Assembly: GCA_002368735.1 (NCBI GenBank)
Contig: DFEQ01000006.1
Location: 1 to 45,637, forward strand
Direction: 5' to 3'
Length of the DNA: 45,637 nucleotides
Source: Christensenella sp. UBA3798
Lineage (GTDB): Bacteria; Bacillota; Clostridia; Christensenellales; CAG-1252
Shown here: positions 1 through 10,400 of the stretch, in pieces
Numbering within the stretch: position 1 is the stretch's first letter
How the letters are laid out: every line of letters starts with the position of its first letter
The notes under the pieces: generated by a model
Told to the model about the DNA's origin: nothing
The model's database searches: none
What the model saw: only the letters and a program-made list of their open reading frames with translations
Position numbers and translations under genes: made by a program

Positions 1-37
1 CGTCGCTTCGCTCCTCGCGAATCCCTGAGGGCACACC

Positions 38-72
38 AAAAAACTGCTCGGCAAACACCGAGCAGTTTTTTT
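38..72 (+). terminator. Rho-independent terminator of the upstream transcription unit (looks bidirectional)
   Basis: CTGCTCGG (44-51) pairs with CCGAGCAG (58-65) around the 6-nt loop CAAACA. The stem is followed by T7 (66-72) and preceded by A6 (38-43), which can extend it. Confidence 0.7.
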
Positions 73-99
73 ATCCAAACCGAAGCTAAGCGAGGTTTG

Positions 100-161
100 G
101 TATATCATCAAGCACTTTGCGCTTGTATATCATCACGGTAAAACGGTGCATATCATCACGG
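100..161. repeat. Three direct repeats with core ATATCATCA (candidate regulator binding sites or iteron-like array)
   Basis: ATATCATCA occurs at 102-110, 127-135 and 150-158, giving spacings of 25 and 23 bp. Copies 1 and 2 share GTATATCATCA. Copies 2 and 3 share ATATCATCACGG. The array is non-coding, between the upstream terminator and the promoter of the 299 gene. Confidence 0.5.
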
Positions 162-179
162 CTAAGTCGTGTATTAATG

Positions 180-208
180 CTCGGTTAATGCCGAGGTTTT
201 TTCTTTTT
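180..208 (+). terminator. Weak terminator-like or attenuator-like hairpin
   Basis: CTCGG (180-184) pairs with CCGAG (191-195) around the loop TTAATG, followed by GTTTTTTCTTTTT (196-208). The stem is only 5 bp, so this is a weak call. Confidence 0.3.
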
Positions 209-262
209 CGTCCCGCATTTTCTTTCGATGGCTCTTTAATGACATCATTCTCGCGGATATCC

Positions 263-291
263 TTGATATACGATGCGGAACGTGATATAAT
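263..291 (+). promoter_or_regulatory. Sigma-70/SigA-type promoter with extended -10, placed for a leaderless or near-leaderless transcript
   Basis: TTGATA (263-268), a 17-nt spacer, then TGATATAAT (283-291, i.e. TGn + TATAAT). The ATG at 299 lies 7 nt after the -10 element and no SD-like purine run lies between them. Confidence 0.55.
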
Positions 292-298
292 ATCCTCT

Positions 299-1141
299 AT
301 GAAAAAGACAATTTGCACCCTTTTGATACTTTTACTCGTAATGGGAGCGTGCGTCGGTGCCTTTGCCTGCAAGGCAAGCATTCAGACGGACAAAGCGTAT
401 CAACGCTACGTCTACGACGCCCGCACCGACAGCTTTGTGAAGATGGGCACCTCCATCGTATTCACCGACGACTTCAAAGGCTTCGAATACTCCTTTGGGG
501 GGGACGCCATCACCATCTACGGCACGGTGGAGCACACCGACACGCCCGAAAGCTATATCATCACTTGCAACGAGGAGGCGATCTCGGTGGTGAGCAAGCG
601 CTACCGCGAGACTCTCATCGCAGGGGGCGCCGACCAAACGCAAATCGACTTTTACGACGCCGTCGCCGCGAATCTGACACCAAAGACGCAATACTACGTC
701 TATGACGGCAAGCTCTTTACGGCGGACGCCATAGAGCTTTTCCGCGAAGCGGAAGATGGCTCGGACGCCTTTGAAGGGCTGTATCGCATGAGTTCTTCCG
801 AAGACCTCGTTCGTCTGCGCGGCGGCTATGCTTATACCAAGGACGAAGATGGTGAATACACCTACAAAAACGGCAGATATACCGTTTCGCGCGGGATATT
901 GACCCTTATCACCTTGGACGAAAACGGCAAGGACAAATATCAAGACGGCGTGCTGATGCGTAAGCGCTATTTGATGGCGAAGGTCACCGTTCCGAGCGAC
1001 GGAGAACTCGTGGAGACCTCGCTGGAAGAGCAGCTGCAGACCTCAGCCTTCGTTTCCAAGATAACTGCCGATATATCCGCATATTCCGGAAAGACCATCG
1101 CCGTATTGTGCGATGAATTCCTGTCCAAGGATATGGAGTGA
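299..1141 (+). CDS. Putative lipoprotein or secreted protein, 280 aa, family not recognised
   Basis: ATG at 299 to TGA at 1139-1141. The N-terminus MKKTICTLLILLLVMGACVGAFAC-KAS has a basic n-region, a hydrophobic core and a lipobox-like AFAC (Cys24, nt 368-370). The track ORF 146..1141 starts at a GTG. It would add 51 residues that read through the T-run hairpin, so I prefer the 299 start. Confidence 0.8.
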   Translation: MKKTICTLLILLLVMGACVGAFACKASIQTDKAYQRYVYDARTDSFVKMGTSIVFTDDFKGFEYSFGGDAITIYGTVEHTDTPESYIITCNEEAISVVSKRYRETLIAGGADQTQIDFYDAVAANLTPKTQYYVYDGKLFTADAIELFREAEDGSDAFEGLYRMSSSEDLVRLRGGYAYTKDEDGEYTYKNGRYTVSRGILTLITLDENGKDKYQDGVLMRKRYLMAKVTVPSDGELVETSLEEQLQTSAFVSKITADISAYSGKTIAVLCDEFLSKDME

Positions 1142-1155
1142 CGCGTTTACGATAA

Positions 1156-1191
1156 GGGGCTCTCTTCCGAGCGAAGGGGGCCCCTTTTTTT
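1156..1191 (+). terminator. Strong rho-independent terminator after the small lipoprotein gene
   Basis: GGGGCTCTCTTC (1156-1167) pairs with GAAGGGGGCCCC (1173-1184), 12 bp including 2 G-U pairs, around the loop CGAGC. T7 follows at 1185-1191. It starts 15 nt after the stop codon. Confidence 0.8.
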
Positions 1192-1248
1192 ATTTATGTT
1201 TACGCCTATAGGGGCGCATGGAAAATTTATAAGAAAACTTAATAAATA

Positions 1249-1277
1249 TTGACTTCTTCGTGCGTACGCATTAGAAT
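1249..1277 (+). promoter_or_regulatory. Sigma-70/SigA-type promoter of the giant-gene operon
   Basis: TTGACT (1249-1254), a 17-nt spacer, then TAGAAT (1272-1277). An A/T-rich UP-like stretch (ATAAGAAAACTTAATAAATA) lies immediately upstream. The predicted 5' UTR is roughly 55 nt. Confidence 0.6.
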
Positions 1278-1329
1278 ATACCTGTGTTTTTACCTGCGCG
1301 CTATATACGCGTGAGAAAGATGCGGTCTT

Positions 1330-1335
1330 GGAGGA
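1330..1335 (+). promoter_or_regulatory. Shine-Dalgarno site for the giant ORF
   Basis: GGAGGA at 1330-1335, then ATT, then ATG at 1339. Confidence 0.6.
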
Positions 1336-1338
1336 ATT

Positions 1339-1416
1339 ATGACAAAAAATCTTCACACGAAAATTCTGCTTATACTACTGCTTTGCTTCGTGGTCGTGCT
1401 CGTCGCCTTTGCCTGT
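1339..1416 (+). other. Lipoprotein-type signal peptide with AFAC lipobox (Cys26)
   Basis: Basic n-region (K3, H6, K8), a 15-residue hydrophobic core, then V-A-F-A-C with TGT at 1414-1416. This fits the permissive PROSITE-style lipobox pattern. The same AFAC, and the same 11-mer GCCTTTGCCTG, are found in the gene at 299. Confidence 0.6.
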
Positions 1417-4400
1417 GCGCCGAAGTCGTCCACGATCCTCACCGATCCCGATCCGTCGGGAGGGGGAGGCTCCGGCACGTCGGAGACGCGTATAGACGTT
1501 ACGGGAGGTGAGAAGTCGGATTCTTCGGTATCCGAGTTCTTTACATATCTCAAAAAAGCGCTTGCCGTAGACGACGCGAGCGACGCAGTGGCGTTTAAGT
1601 TCGTGACCGAGGACATGACCGTAGTGAAGAGCGAGAAGTCCGTCGATCAGAACGGCAATGAAGTATCCACCCCCAAGACCTTCGATATGTACGCCGAACT
1701 CGCCTGCAAATATGACCGCAGGGACGACTCCAATACCGAATTGCTCTTTGAGCTGCATTCTTCTCTTACGCGCGAGCTCGTGTTTGGCTTCTATTACTAT
1801 ACGGGCGTATTTTACTTGAATATCCCCAACGATGAGGGCGGTGCCGCTACCATCTATATGGACGAGTTCAGCCTGGACGACGTCGTGACCATCCTCGCTA
1901 GCTCGGGCGCCACGGTGTCGGATATCTATAGCGCCGTGATGACCGCCAACGTGCCGATGATCGACGTGAGCGCTATCATCTCGTCTATGCTCAGCGCCGC
2001 GGTCAAGGAGGTCACCAAGACCGAGAAGGATGGCGCCACGCAAATCGTCTTGAAGACCGATTTCAACGCTTCGATCAATGCCTTGCTTGATAAACTCAAA
2101 AGTTTTGACCGAGCCTTGAAGGAGCTCAATATTCGCAGTGCTCTGGAGACCGTGTTCGGCATGTCCTTCACCTCTCTCGTCAATTACAAGTTTGACCAGT
2201 TCACCTGCGACGTGACTTTGAACATCCTGGACGGCAAACTCCTCAGCGTACAGCCCACCCTCGGCTACGGCGGGAAGTTTGCTATGGACCTCTTGATAGA
2301 CAACGTCTACTACGGCGACGACACCAACGCGGTGGGGACCATCGCCTTCCCCGAATTTAACGATTACAGGAAGTTCGGCGTGACCAACCTCGAATTCACC
2401 ATGCACCTCGACCTGGAGAACGCATCGGAAAAGAGCGTTACGATGGATAGCCTGCTCGGCGGCTTCTTCCGCGAGTACTTCGGGCTGACCTCCATGGGCG
2501 CTTTCGGCGAGAGGGTGCTCACTCTCGGCAAGGGCACCATCGGGCTCAACCTCGACGTCAACGCCGAGATCGATTGGAACAAGAACGAAAGGAATTACAT
2601 AGAGATCGAGGTCTTCGAAAGGCTCACTTCGGGCGACAAGCGCCTCGGCACTATCTACTACGTGGGCTCCAAGAGTGCCTTGTACGTGGACTTCTCCGAG
2701 TGCAAACTGCCTAAGTTCGTCTACGAAGGATTGAACCTCGCATCCGTCATCAAACGTTTCGTCGTGGAGACAGTCTCCTCCATGCTCGGCACCGCGGAGG
2801 AAAGCAGCGCCGCGGGCGAAGAGATGCGCGAGGTCATCATCGAGGCGTTTGCTCCGGGCGGCAGTTACCAAGACGCGCTTTCCGCCATCGTGAGAAACGG
2901 CACCTACGAAACAGTCGCCGAAGCAGGCGACGGCGAATACGTCGATCTCACGCTGGACGTCGTCGCTTTGATAAAAAAGCTCGCCAATGCCGTGGCGAAC
3001 AATCTCGAAATGCGCCCCGAGGGCAAGCGTGCGATCGCGCTCACCGTGGATCGTTCGCTCGTTATGGACGTTGTGGGGCACCTTGCCGCGAAGGCAAAGG
3101 AAGGCTTGGATACGGCTGTCAAGAAGCAAACAGAAGCCGCCTCGAACGACGATGAGCTCAAGGAATACGTGTCTACCATCTCCACGCTCGAAGCGGAGAA
3201 ATCTTCGCAAGAAGAAGCGCTCCGAGCCGCTCGCTTGGAGCTGGAAAACGCGAGCAACATGGCGGCGGAGAGAAGGGCGCAGGCGAAGATCGACAACATC
3301 GAAAACGTCCTGCTTCCCAATATCAACATGCAGCTGGAGTATTATCAAAAGCTTTATGACGAGCGCATACAGGCTTTCTCCTCCGACGTGGACGCCGCAC
3401 GCAATAACTTCTATATCTTCGCCTCTCTCTACGACGGGCTAAAGGATAAGTCTTTGACGAGCGGCGACGTCGCTATCCGGAGTATCCGCGTCGAACTGGG
3501 GCTCCTCTCGGTCGGATACGGCATCTACGCCGACGTGGACGTCAAGCTCGCGGAAGACACCCATCTGAAACTGTCGGTGGACCAAGTCTCCATCGGCTAC
3601 GCGCCCGTATTCAACGTGCCCAAGGAGAATTTCGACCCACAAGGCTATTCCACCTTGGAGGAGTTCTCCTCCGTTTCCCTGTCCGCCACCATCGCCCTCG
3701 CGGGTGACAGCGGCTCGCTGAAGGAGCTGAACCTCGGCGACGCGCTCGGCGGCATGATCGGCGAGCTGACCTGCCTCCTCGGCGTAAAGACGGCGAATGA
3801 CGTCGCGCTGTCGGGCGGGATGGATATCAAGGTGGACGCCAACTTGAACTTTGACCCCATCAGCATCTCCGACTATCTGAACGGCGACAACACCAAGCTC
3901 AAACTGAACTCTATCGATCTGGCCGTCAACGTGTACAAGCGTCCCAACGCCACCACCCCCGCCTTGACCGAAGCCAACCGTATGCTCAGCGTGTGGTATT
4001 CGGGCGAGGAGGGCGCTATCTTTGTGGATGCGACGGGCGTATCCATCAGCGATGACGGTGCGACCATCCCCCGCTTTATGTACCGTATGCGCCTCGAAGA
4101 CCTCTTTGCGGGCTCGATCGCCGCGGAGAGCGATATTCCCGCGACCCTTCCCGCCGCCGCTTCGAGCGATTTGTCTATGGAGCAGATCATGGAAGTGGTG
4201 GGCGGAATGTTCGGCGGACTGTACCTCGGCGACGAGATATCGGTCCTGCTTGCGGATAAGCTCATCGCCACCACCCTTTCCATGGTGATGAACGGCAAGA
4301 ATTCGGACAGCGTCATCGACCTCGACTCCTCCAGCAAGGTGTATATCCGCACCGAAGGCGGGCTGGAGATCGGCGCGCATATCGGCTTTGACACCAAGAC

Positions 4401-7400
4401 GTCTGAGGATACCGTCGGATACGTTGACCCCTATATCGAACTGCACGTCGGCGACATCTCCGCCTCGCTCGTCAGGAGGGATATCATTCCCGAAAACGTC
4501 CTCGTGGGCGCCAAGAAGACCTATCCCGACATCACCGAGTTCGACACCGTCTATACGCAGTTTGAGATAGACCTCGGCTACCGCTTTATCAACAACGATT
4601 ACGACTTTACCGACCTCATGGAGGCTTTGTCCGATATGCTCGGCGAGTCTTCTGTCGGCAACCTTTTGGCAAATACCGCGCTGAGCCTCAGCGTCAAAGA
4701 GGAGTTGTTCGGTCATTTCCGCGCGCGTATCAGCGCCAATATGGACTTCTCGGACGGCTTTGAGTTCACCGCGAGGATAGAGCTTTTGAAGGATAACGAC
4801 GTCCTTGCGACCCTCTACTACGAGGGGCTGTACCTCTACGTGGATGCCAGCGGTCTGACCCGCCTTGCTTCGGACGGCGGTCTGAGCGGTCTCAATATTC
4901 CCAAATTCCGCATCCGCGTGTCTAAGCTCGAGTGCGGCTGTACCTGTCCCGACTGCTTGAACGAAGCGTCCTGCGACCACGGCACGAAATGTCTGCCCGG
5001 TTGCGGCTGTGACTGCCACGAAAGCGTCTCCGCTGCGGAGGAGATCTCGGCGGGTAGCTTTATCGGTCTGTTGGATCGCATCGATTTGACAGAGGAAGGC
5101 ATCGCCGTCAAACTTGCGCGCGATAGCTTGTCGAGGGTCTTGACGATCCTCAGCTTTGACGAACTGGGCGAAGCCTTGCCCCATCTGACGCCCTCTTTGA
5201 AGGTGAAGCTCGCGGGCGGCATCGGCATCGGGGCTACCATCGCCTTCGACGACGCGGGTGACAACTATATCGACATCGACATCGGCAAGTTCGGCGTCAA
5301 GTTCGGCAAGGAGAGCCTCGGACTCGTCAAGAGCGAATATCGCGACCTCGACTTTACCATCCTCGATAACGTCTCGGCGGAAGTGTCGGGTCGTATGACC
5401 CTGAATATCGATGCGGGCGCGGCGAATGAAGACGCCGCCGTTGCCGCCGTCGTCAAAGCCCTCGTCAAAGAGGTGGGCTTCGGCGTGCAGGTGGAAAGCG
5501 CCCTCAAGTGGGACCTCTCCTTTGACCTCAAGGCGAACGTCGACCTTTCGCAAGTGGACTTCAACGACGATTCCACCTTTGCCAATATGATCCCGGGTGC
5601 GGAGATATACTTTGCGCTCTACAACAATAACGGCGCGTCGCGAAAGCTGATGCTCCTCATGTATTTTGACGGCAGGACCAAGGACGTGAGCGGCGCTACG
5701 CAGCCCACCGTCTATTTGACCGCTCCCTGGCTCGGCGTGGGCAAGGTCGCTTATAAAGTGGATATCAACGCCCTATCGCAAGACGACGTCTCCGCGGCGG
5801 AGACGGAGGGTGTGGGCGCAGCCGATATCCTCGGCAAGTTCGCCGACCTCATCTTGGACGAAGGGGGCATCGGCGTGGTCTTTACGGGCGAACTGCTCGG
5901 CGAAGTGCTCAACCTCTTGGTGCTTGATGAAGATATCGACTTTGCTTCGATGATAGAGCAGGTAAAGCTCGGCATCGGACTCAACGACGGACTCAGCATC
6001 AACCTCGACGCCTTCCTGACCGGCGCCAAACTCTCCGCCGGCATCACGGGGCTCGGCTTCAATATCGGCGAGAGTATCGACCTCGAAGACCTCGTCTTTG
6101 ACACCGACGACCGCGAGACCGAATACGCGACCGTCGCGTCGGGTACCGACATCAAATTCAACAGTATTTCGGCGGGTATCACCGCTACCTTTGATATCAA
6201 GAGCGCAAGCTTTGAGAACTACGACGCCTCCGAGACCATGAAGAGCATCGTGGACCTCTTTGAACTGGAGGAGGAGGTCAGTTCGCTCGTAGAACAGCTC
6301 TCTCTGTACCTTTCTGCCGACCTGCCCGCGCGCGCTAACGACGCGGCTATGCTCTCGGCGGGCAAACTCATCGTGCGCTTTGACTTCAACTTCTTCGATA
6401 CTTTGGAGTTCGTTTTGCACATCACGACGGGGGATGGTGACGAAGTCGCCACCGTCATGTATCACGGCATAAACGACCTCATCAACGGCGAGGAAGACGT
6501 TCTCTATCTCGAATTGCCCATCATCGGCATCCCCAAGACCAAGGTGGTGGGAACGAAGATCTCCTCTTACGTGGCGAGCTTGACCGAGACCGCCGTCGCT
6601 TCTCAGGAGGAACTCACGAAACTCCCGTGCGGTTGCAGTTGCGACGCGTGTTTGGCGGCGGGTACTTGCGGCAAGAGCGCCGGCAGCCTGACCTGCGCCA
6701 TCTCCTGCGATTGCACCTGCCATCTGCCCGACCTCGATTGCGGCTGTATGAACCCCGCCTGTAAGATCGCGGGCAGCTGCTATCACACCGACGAGACTCT
6801 CGGGGAAGAGGTGCCCAACGAAGGTTGCACCTGTCCCATACATAACGGTGTCACCATCATCGACCGCTTGAACGAGATCGTCGATCACGTGGTGCTGGAC
6901 GGCTCCACGGGTCTCATCGGCGTGGTGACTAAGGGCAACGCCCTCGCGACCATTGCTTCCATGCTCTCGTTGAAAATAGTCCTGCCCGAGCTGGTGATGA
7001 GCGCCAAAGTCAACGTGCGCGATCTCGGCGCGGTGGTGGGCATCACGGGCTTCGAGGACGAAGAGGTCACCTTTGACCTCGCGGTGGACGTGGGCGACCT
7101 CTTGATAGAATTCAAGAAGCGCGACCTCATCTCGGGGACGGAGGCGTACCAAGATTGGCGCACCTTGCAGTTCGGCTTTATGCTCGACGCGGACGTCGCC
7201 TTCAAGATGGACGGCACCTACGCGGAGTATCTGACCGACTATATCTCGGAGAACGTTGCGGGCGAATCCATGAAGGTCGTCGTGGGCAACAATACCACCG
7301 AGGACAAGGTGGAAGTCGCGCTCGGATTGGAAGTTGCGGCAAACGTCGCTTTGGACTACGACGATACCGTCAAGAACTTTGTGCATCCCGGGGTGGAACT

Positions 7401-10400
7401 GTGGCTCTCCTTCTATGCCAAGACGGGGGAGGACGAGCTGTACGACAGGACGTCCAGCCTGATCTCCATCTACTATAATTCGAGCGAAGTGACCGACGGC
7501 GCCTCTCACGAAGTGCTCTATTTTGCGGGCGCGGCGTACGGCGCGGAAAGTGCGGTCAAGATAACCGATATCGGCGTGTACGACCTCGTGATGGAGCTCT
7601 TGCTCCCGATGATACCGAGGGCGGGCATCGTTTCCGCGGCGGAAGCGGACGACGCGGAGGCGCAAGCGGTCGGCGGATTGCTCTCGGGCATCCTCGGACT
7701 TACCGTCACGCGCGAAGACGGGCTCTTGATCTCGGCGGACGGCGGCGCTTTGAAACTGGCGCTTTCCTTGCTGAATAAGGAGCTTGGGGATATCTTCCCC
7801 GCGACCGAAGGCGTGCGCGTGGCGTTTGGCGAGGAGGGTCTCAGCGCAAAACTCGTATTCAACGAAGCGTCTATGCTCACCGTAGAGGTCGCCGACGCGG
7901 ATATCTTCTTCAACAAGTCCTTTGTCGAGTTTGAGCCGATGAGGGATAAGATAGCGGGAGAAAACGGCATCACCGTGGGCGCTGCTCCGATGTCTGCCGA
8001 TGACGCATTCCACCTCTCCGGCAAGTTCAGCGTGGAGGCGGAAACGGGCGTGACCGTGGATGAGAGCGGCAACCCCATCGACGAATTCTTCGGCTCTACC
8101 GAAGGCGGCTATTTGGGCGCGTTGAAGTTCCTCTTGCGCTCCGACGCCGAGAATAAAGTCAACTATACCGTGGAAGCGGACGTTTCGGTCTACGGACTGA
8201 AACTCGACGAAATGAAGCTGAATGCCTTTGACCTTCCGTCGGTCATGGCGCTCGTGGGCAAGGCGCTCGCCGGCGTAAAGGCGGAGGCGACCGTCGTGGT
8301 CAGGGATAACAACGCGGACGACGAAGTCATCTTCGCCATCTACTACACCTTTGATGAGATCGACAGTATGTACGTCGTCGTGCCCGCCTTCGATCTGCGC
8401 CTCAGGGTGGAGGAGGTTCTCCCGCTGAAGTCTCTGCTTGCAAGCATCGTGAGCGACAGGGTGGATTCGGGCGAGACCGCCGCTTCCGAGGCGGTGGAAA
8501 GCGCCGCTGTCGGCGGCTTCCAAGCCAAAGATATATTTAAGCTGGTGGACAAGATAGCGCTCTCCAACGAGGCGCTCACCATCGACCTCTCCGAGCAGAT
8601 ACTCTCAAGGTTGCTCCTGATGGAAGGCATCGAGATAACCCTTCCCGAAGTGAGGACCACCCTCACCCTCGGTCAACTTGTCGCCGCGACGGGCGGGGTG
8701 GATCAGGGCTTGTCCGTCAAGGTGATATCCTCCTTGATACCGCAGTTCAATGCGGAGATTCGCTTGGGCGACTTTGACATCACGCTTGAGAAGGGCTCTT
8801 TGGACCTCTTGGCGCCGCACGCCGCGGTCTTCGGCAGGATGGATACCTACTCCACCCTCGACTCGTTGCAGGCGAAAGTGGAGTTCGAAGCGGACCTGTA
8901 TTACGGCTTCGGCGAGAACCAGACCAACTCCGACGGCAACGCGTGGGCGTTTGAGAAGCTCCTCGAAGACATCGACCTCAACTTGAATATCGGCATCATC
9001 GACCAGCTGAAAGGACACTACAAACTCACCGTCAGCGCGACCGCGAACGTGGCGGAAGGGGCGGACAGCCTGTACGGCTTGGAGATATATATCGTGCTCT
9101 ACTCCGTCAGCAAGGACGGCGAGGATAACGACGTTTACGCCAAGCAATTCAGCGTCTATTACGGCAAGGGCGTGCTCGGCTTGAACTTCTACGACCTCCT
9201 CGGCGTAGAGCCCTTCGAGCTTGAGCTTGACCTCGGCTCCATGATATCGGGCGCCGGATCTTCGGCGGAGCAAGAGGACGCGGGCGAAGAGGCGCAAAGC
9301 GTCACCAAGAAGCTCGAGGGCTTTATCTCCGAGCTTTCGGGCATCATCAAACTCTACGTTAAAGAGAAGTCCGCCGTCTTGGAGCTCAGCGGCAACGTTT
9401 TGCACACCGCGCTCGTCGCTCTTGGTTACGACAACTATTTCCCCATCACGGCAGAGGGGGTCACGAACCTCAATACCGCCGCGATGAACGGGCTTACGGA
9501 GGGCGACTACACCGTCGTCTTGACCTACGATGGTCTGACGAGCGAGTCCGAGTCCTTTACCTATCATCACGCCTATCGTCGCGACCTTTACGACCTCAGG
9601 GCGCTCAATCTGACGGGCGGTGACGTCTATGCCATCGGCTATCAGGGCGAGGGCGTCAGCGGCGTATTCTACAGCGAGGCGAAGTGGAGCGACCTCTTCG
9701 ACCTCGATCTGAAGGCGCAGACCATCACCTGGGTCTCTGCGGATAAGCACAGCGAGCTCTTTGAGAGCTTGCCGCTCGGCGAATACGAGATAACCATCAT
9801 CAAGACGGGCGGCAGGGCAAGCGCCGGCTTCAAGATGGAGAAGAGGCTCTCTTCCTATACCTCCAAGGACGGCTTGCACCTGACGGGACGCACAGTTTCC
9901 ATGATAGAGATAAAGAGGGACGGCGTCACCCTCCATACCCTTGTCCCCACCGAGGTCGAGCTCACGCCGGGCAAGGAGCTTATCGGCGATTACTTTGCCA
10001 TCAATGCTTACGGCGGTCTCCTTGATCTGGAGCTCGGCACGGAGGGCATCCTTGCCAAGGTACGCCTCAAGGACGACACCTATCTCAACCTTTCCATCAC
10101 CGACCTCGATATCGATATGTCGGGCGGCACCGTGGATAGGATAGATAAGAACGGCGAGGCAGAGCAGTATACCTCCAATATCCGCTCGCTCTACTTCGAC
10201 TTCTCGGTAGACCTCTCGGTGAATACGAGCAAGGGGTATAAGCTGGATGTCGACGAATCCATCGGCAACCTCCTCGACAACGTGCTCGGCGGCATCTTTG
10301 AGGGACGCGATATCAACTTCTATTCCGAAAAAGACTCCGAACTCACCTACACCCTCGACGTGCAGGCAAACGTCAAGCTTGCGGGCAAAGCCATCGACCT

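Noticed and set aside
1-28. Possible 3' end of an upstream + strand CDS (frame 2, ...VASLLANP then TGA at 26-28).
   Set aside because: Only 9 codons are visible. The only support is the terminator position at 38-72. That is not enough to call a feature.
146-298. N-terminal extension of the first ORF as given in the track (GTG at 146, or ATG at 188 or 239).
   Set aside because: The extension is translated through the repeat region and the U-tract hairpin (PRFFLFRP). It lacks any signal and would bury a textbook signal peptide 51 residues inside the protein. A strong promoter sits at 263-291, inside the extension.
133-381. Minus-strand 82-aa ORF overlapping the promoter and start of the lipoprotein gene.
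   Set aside because: It has no SD site or promoter, overlaps a better-supported signal-peptide-encoding start and the intergenic repeats, and its sequence has no recognisable features.
497-503. G7 homopolymer inside the small lipoprotein gene (codons GGG GGG G..), considered as a slipped-strand phase-variation tract.
   Set aside because: Seven G is at the low edge for contingency loci. It encodes an ordinary Gly-Gly, and a single sequence gives no evidence of length variation. Population reads would be needed.
5791-5801. Palindrome TCCGCGGCGGA (also at 7633-7643), which contains a SacII site and recurs at module junctions.
   Set aside because: It is simply the preferred codons for Ser-Ala-Ala-Glu (TCC GCG GCG GAR). 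Other SAAE sites use different codons and are not palindromic. The conserved signal is therefore at the protein level, not a DNA motif.
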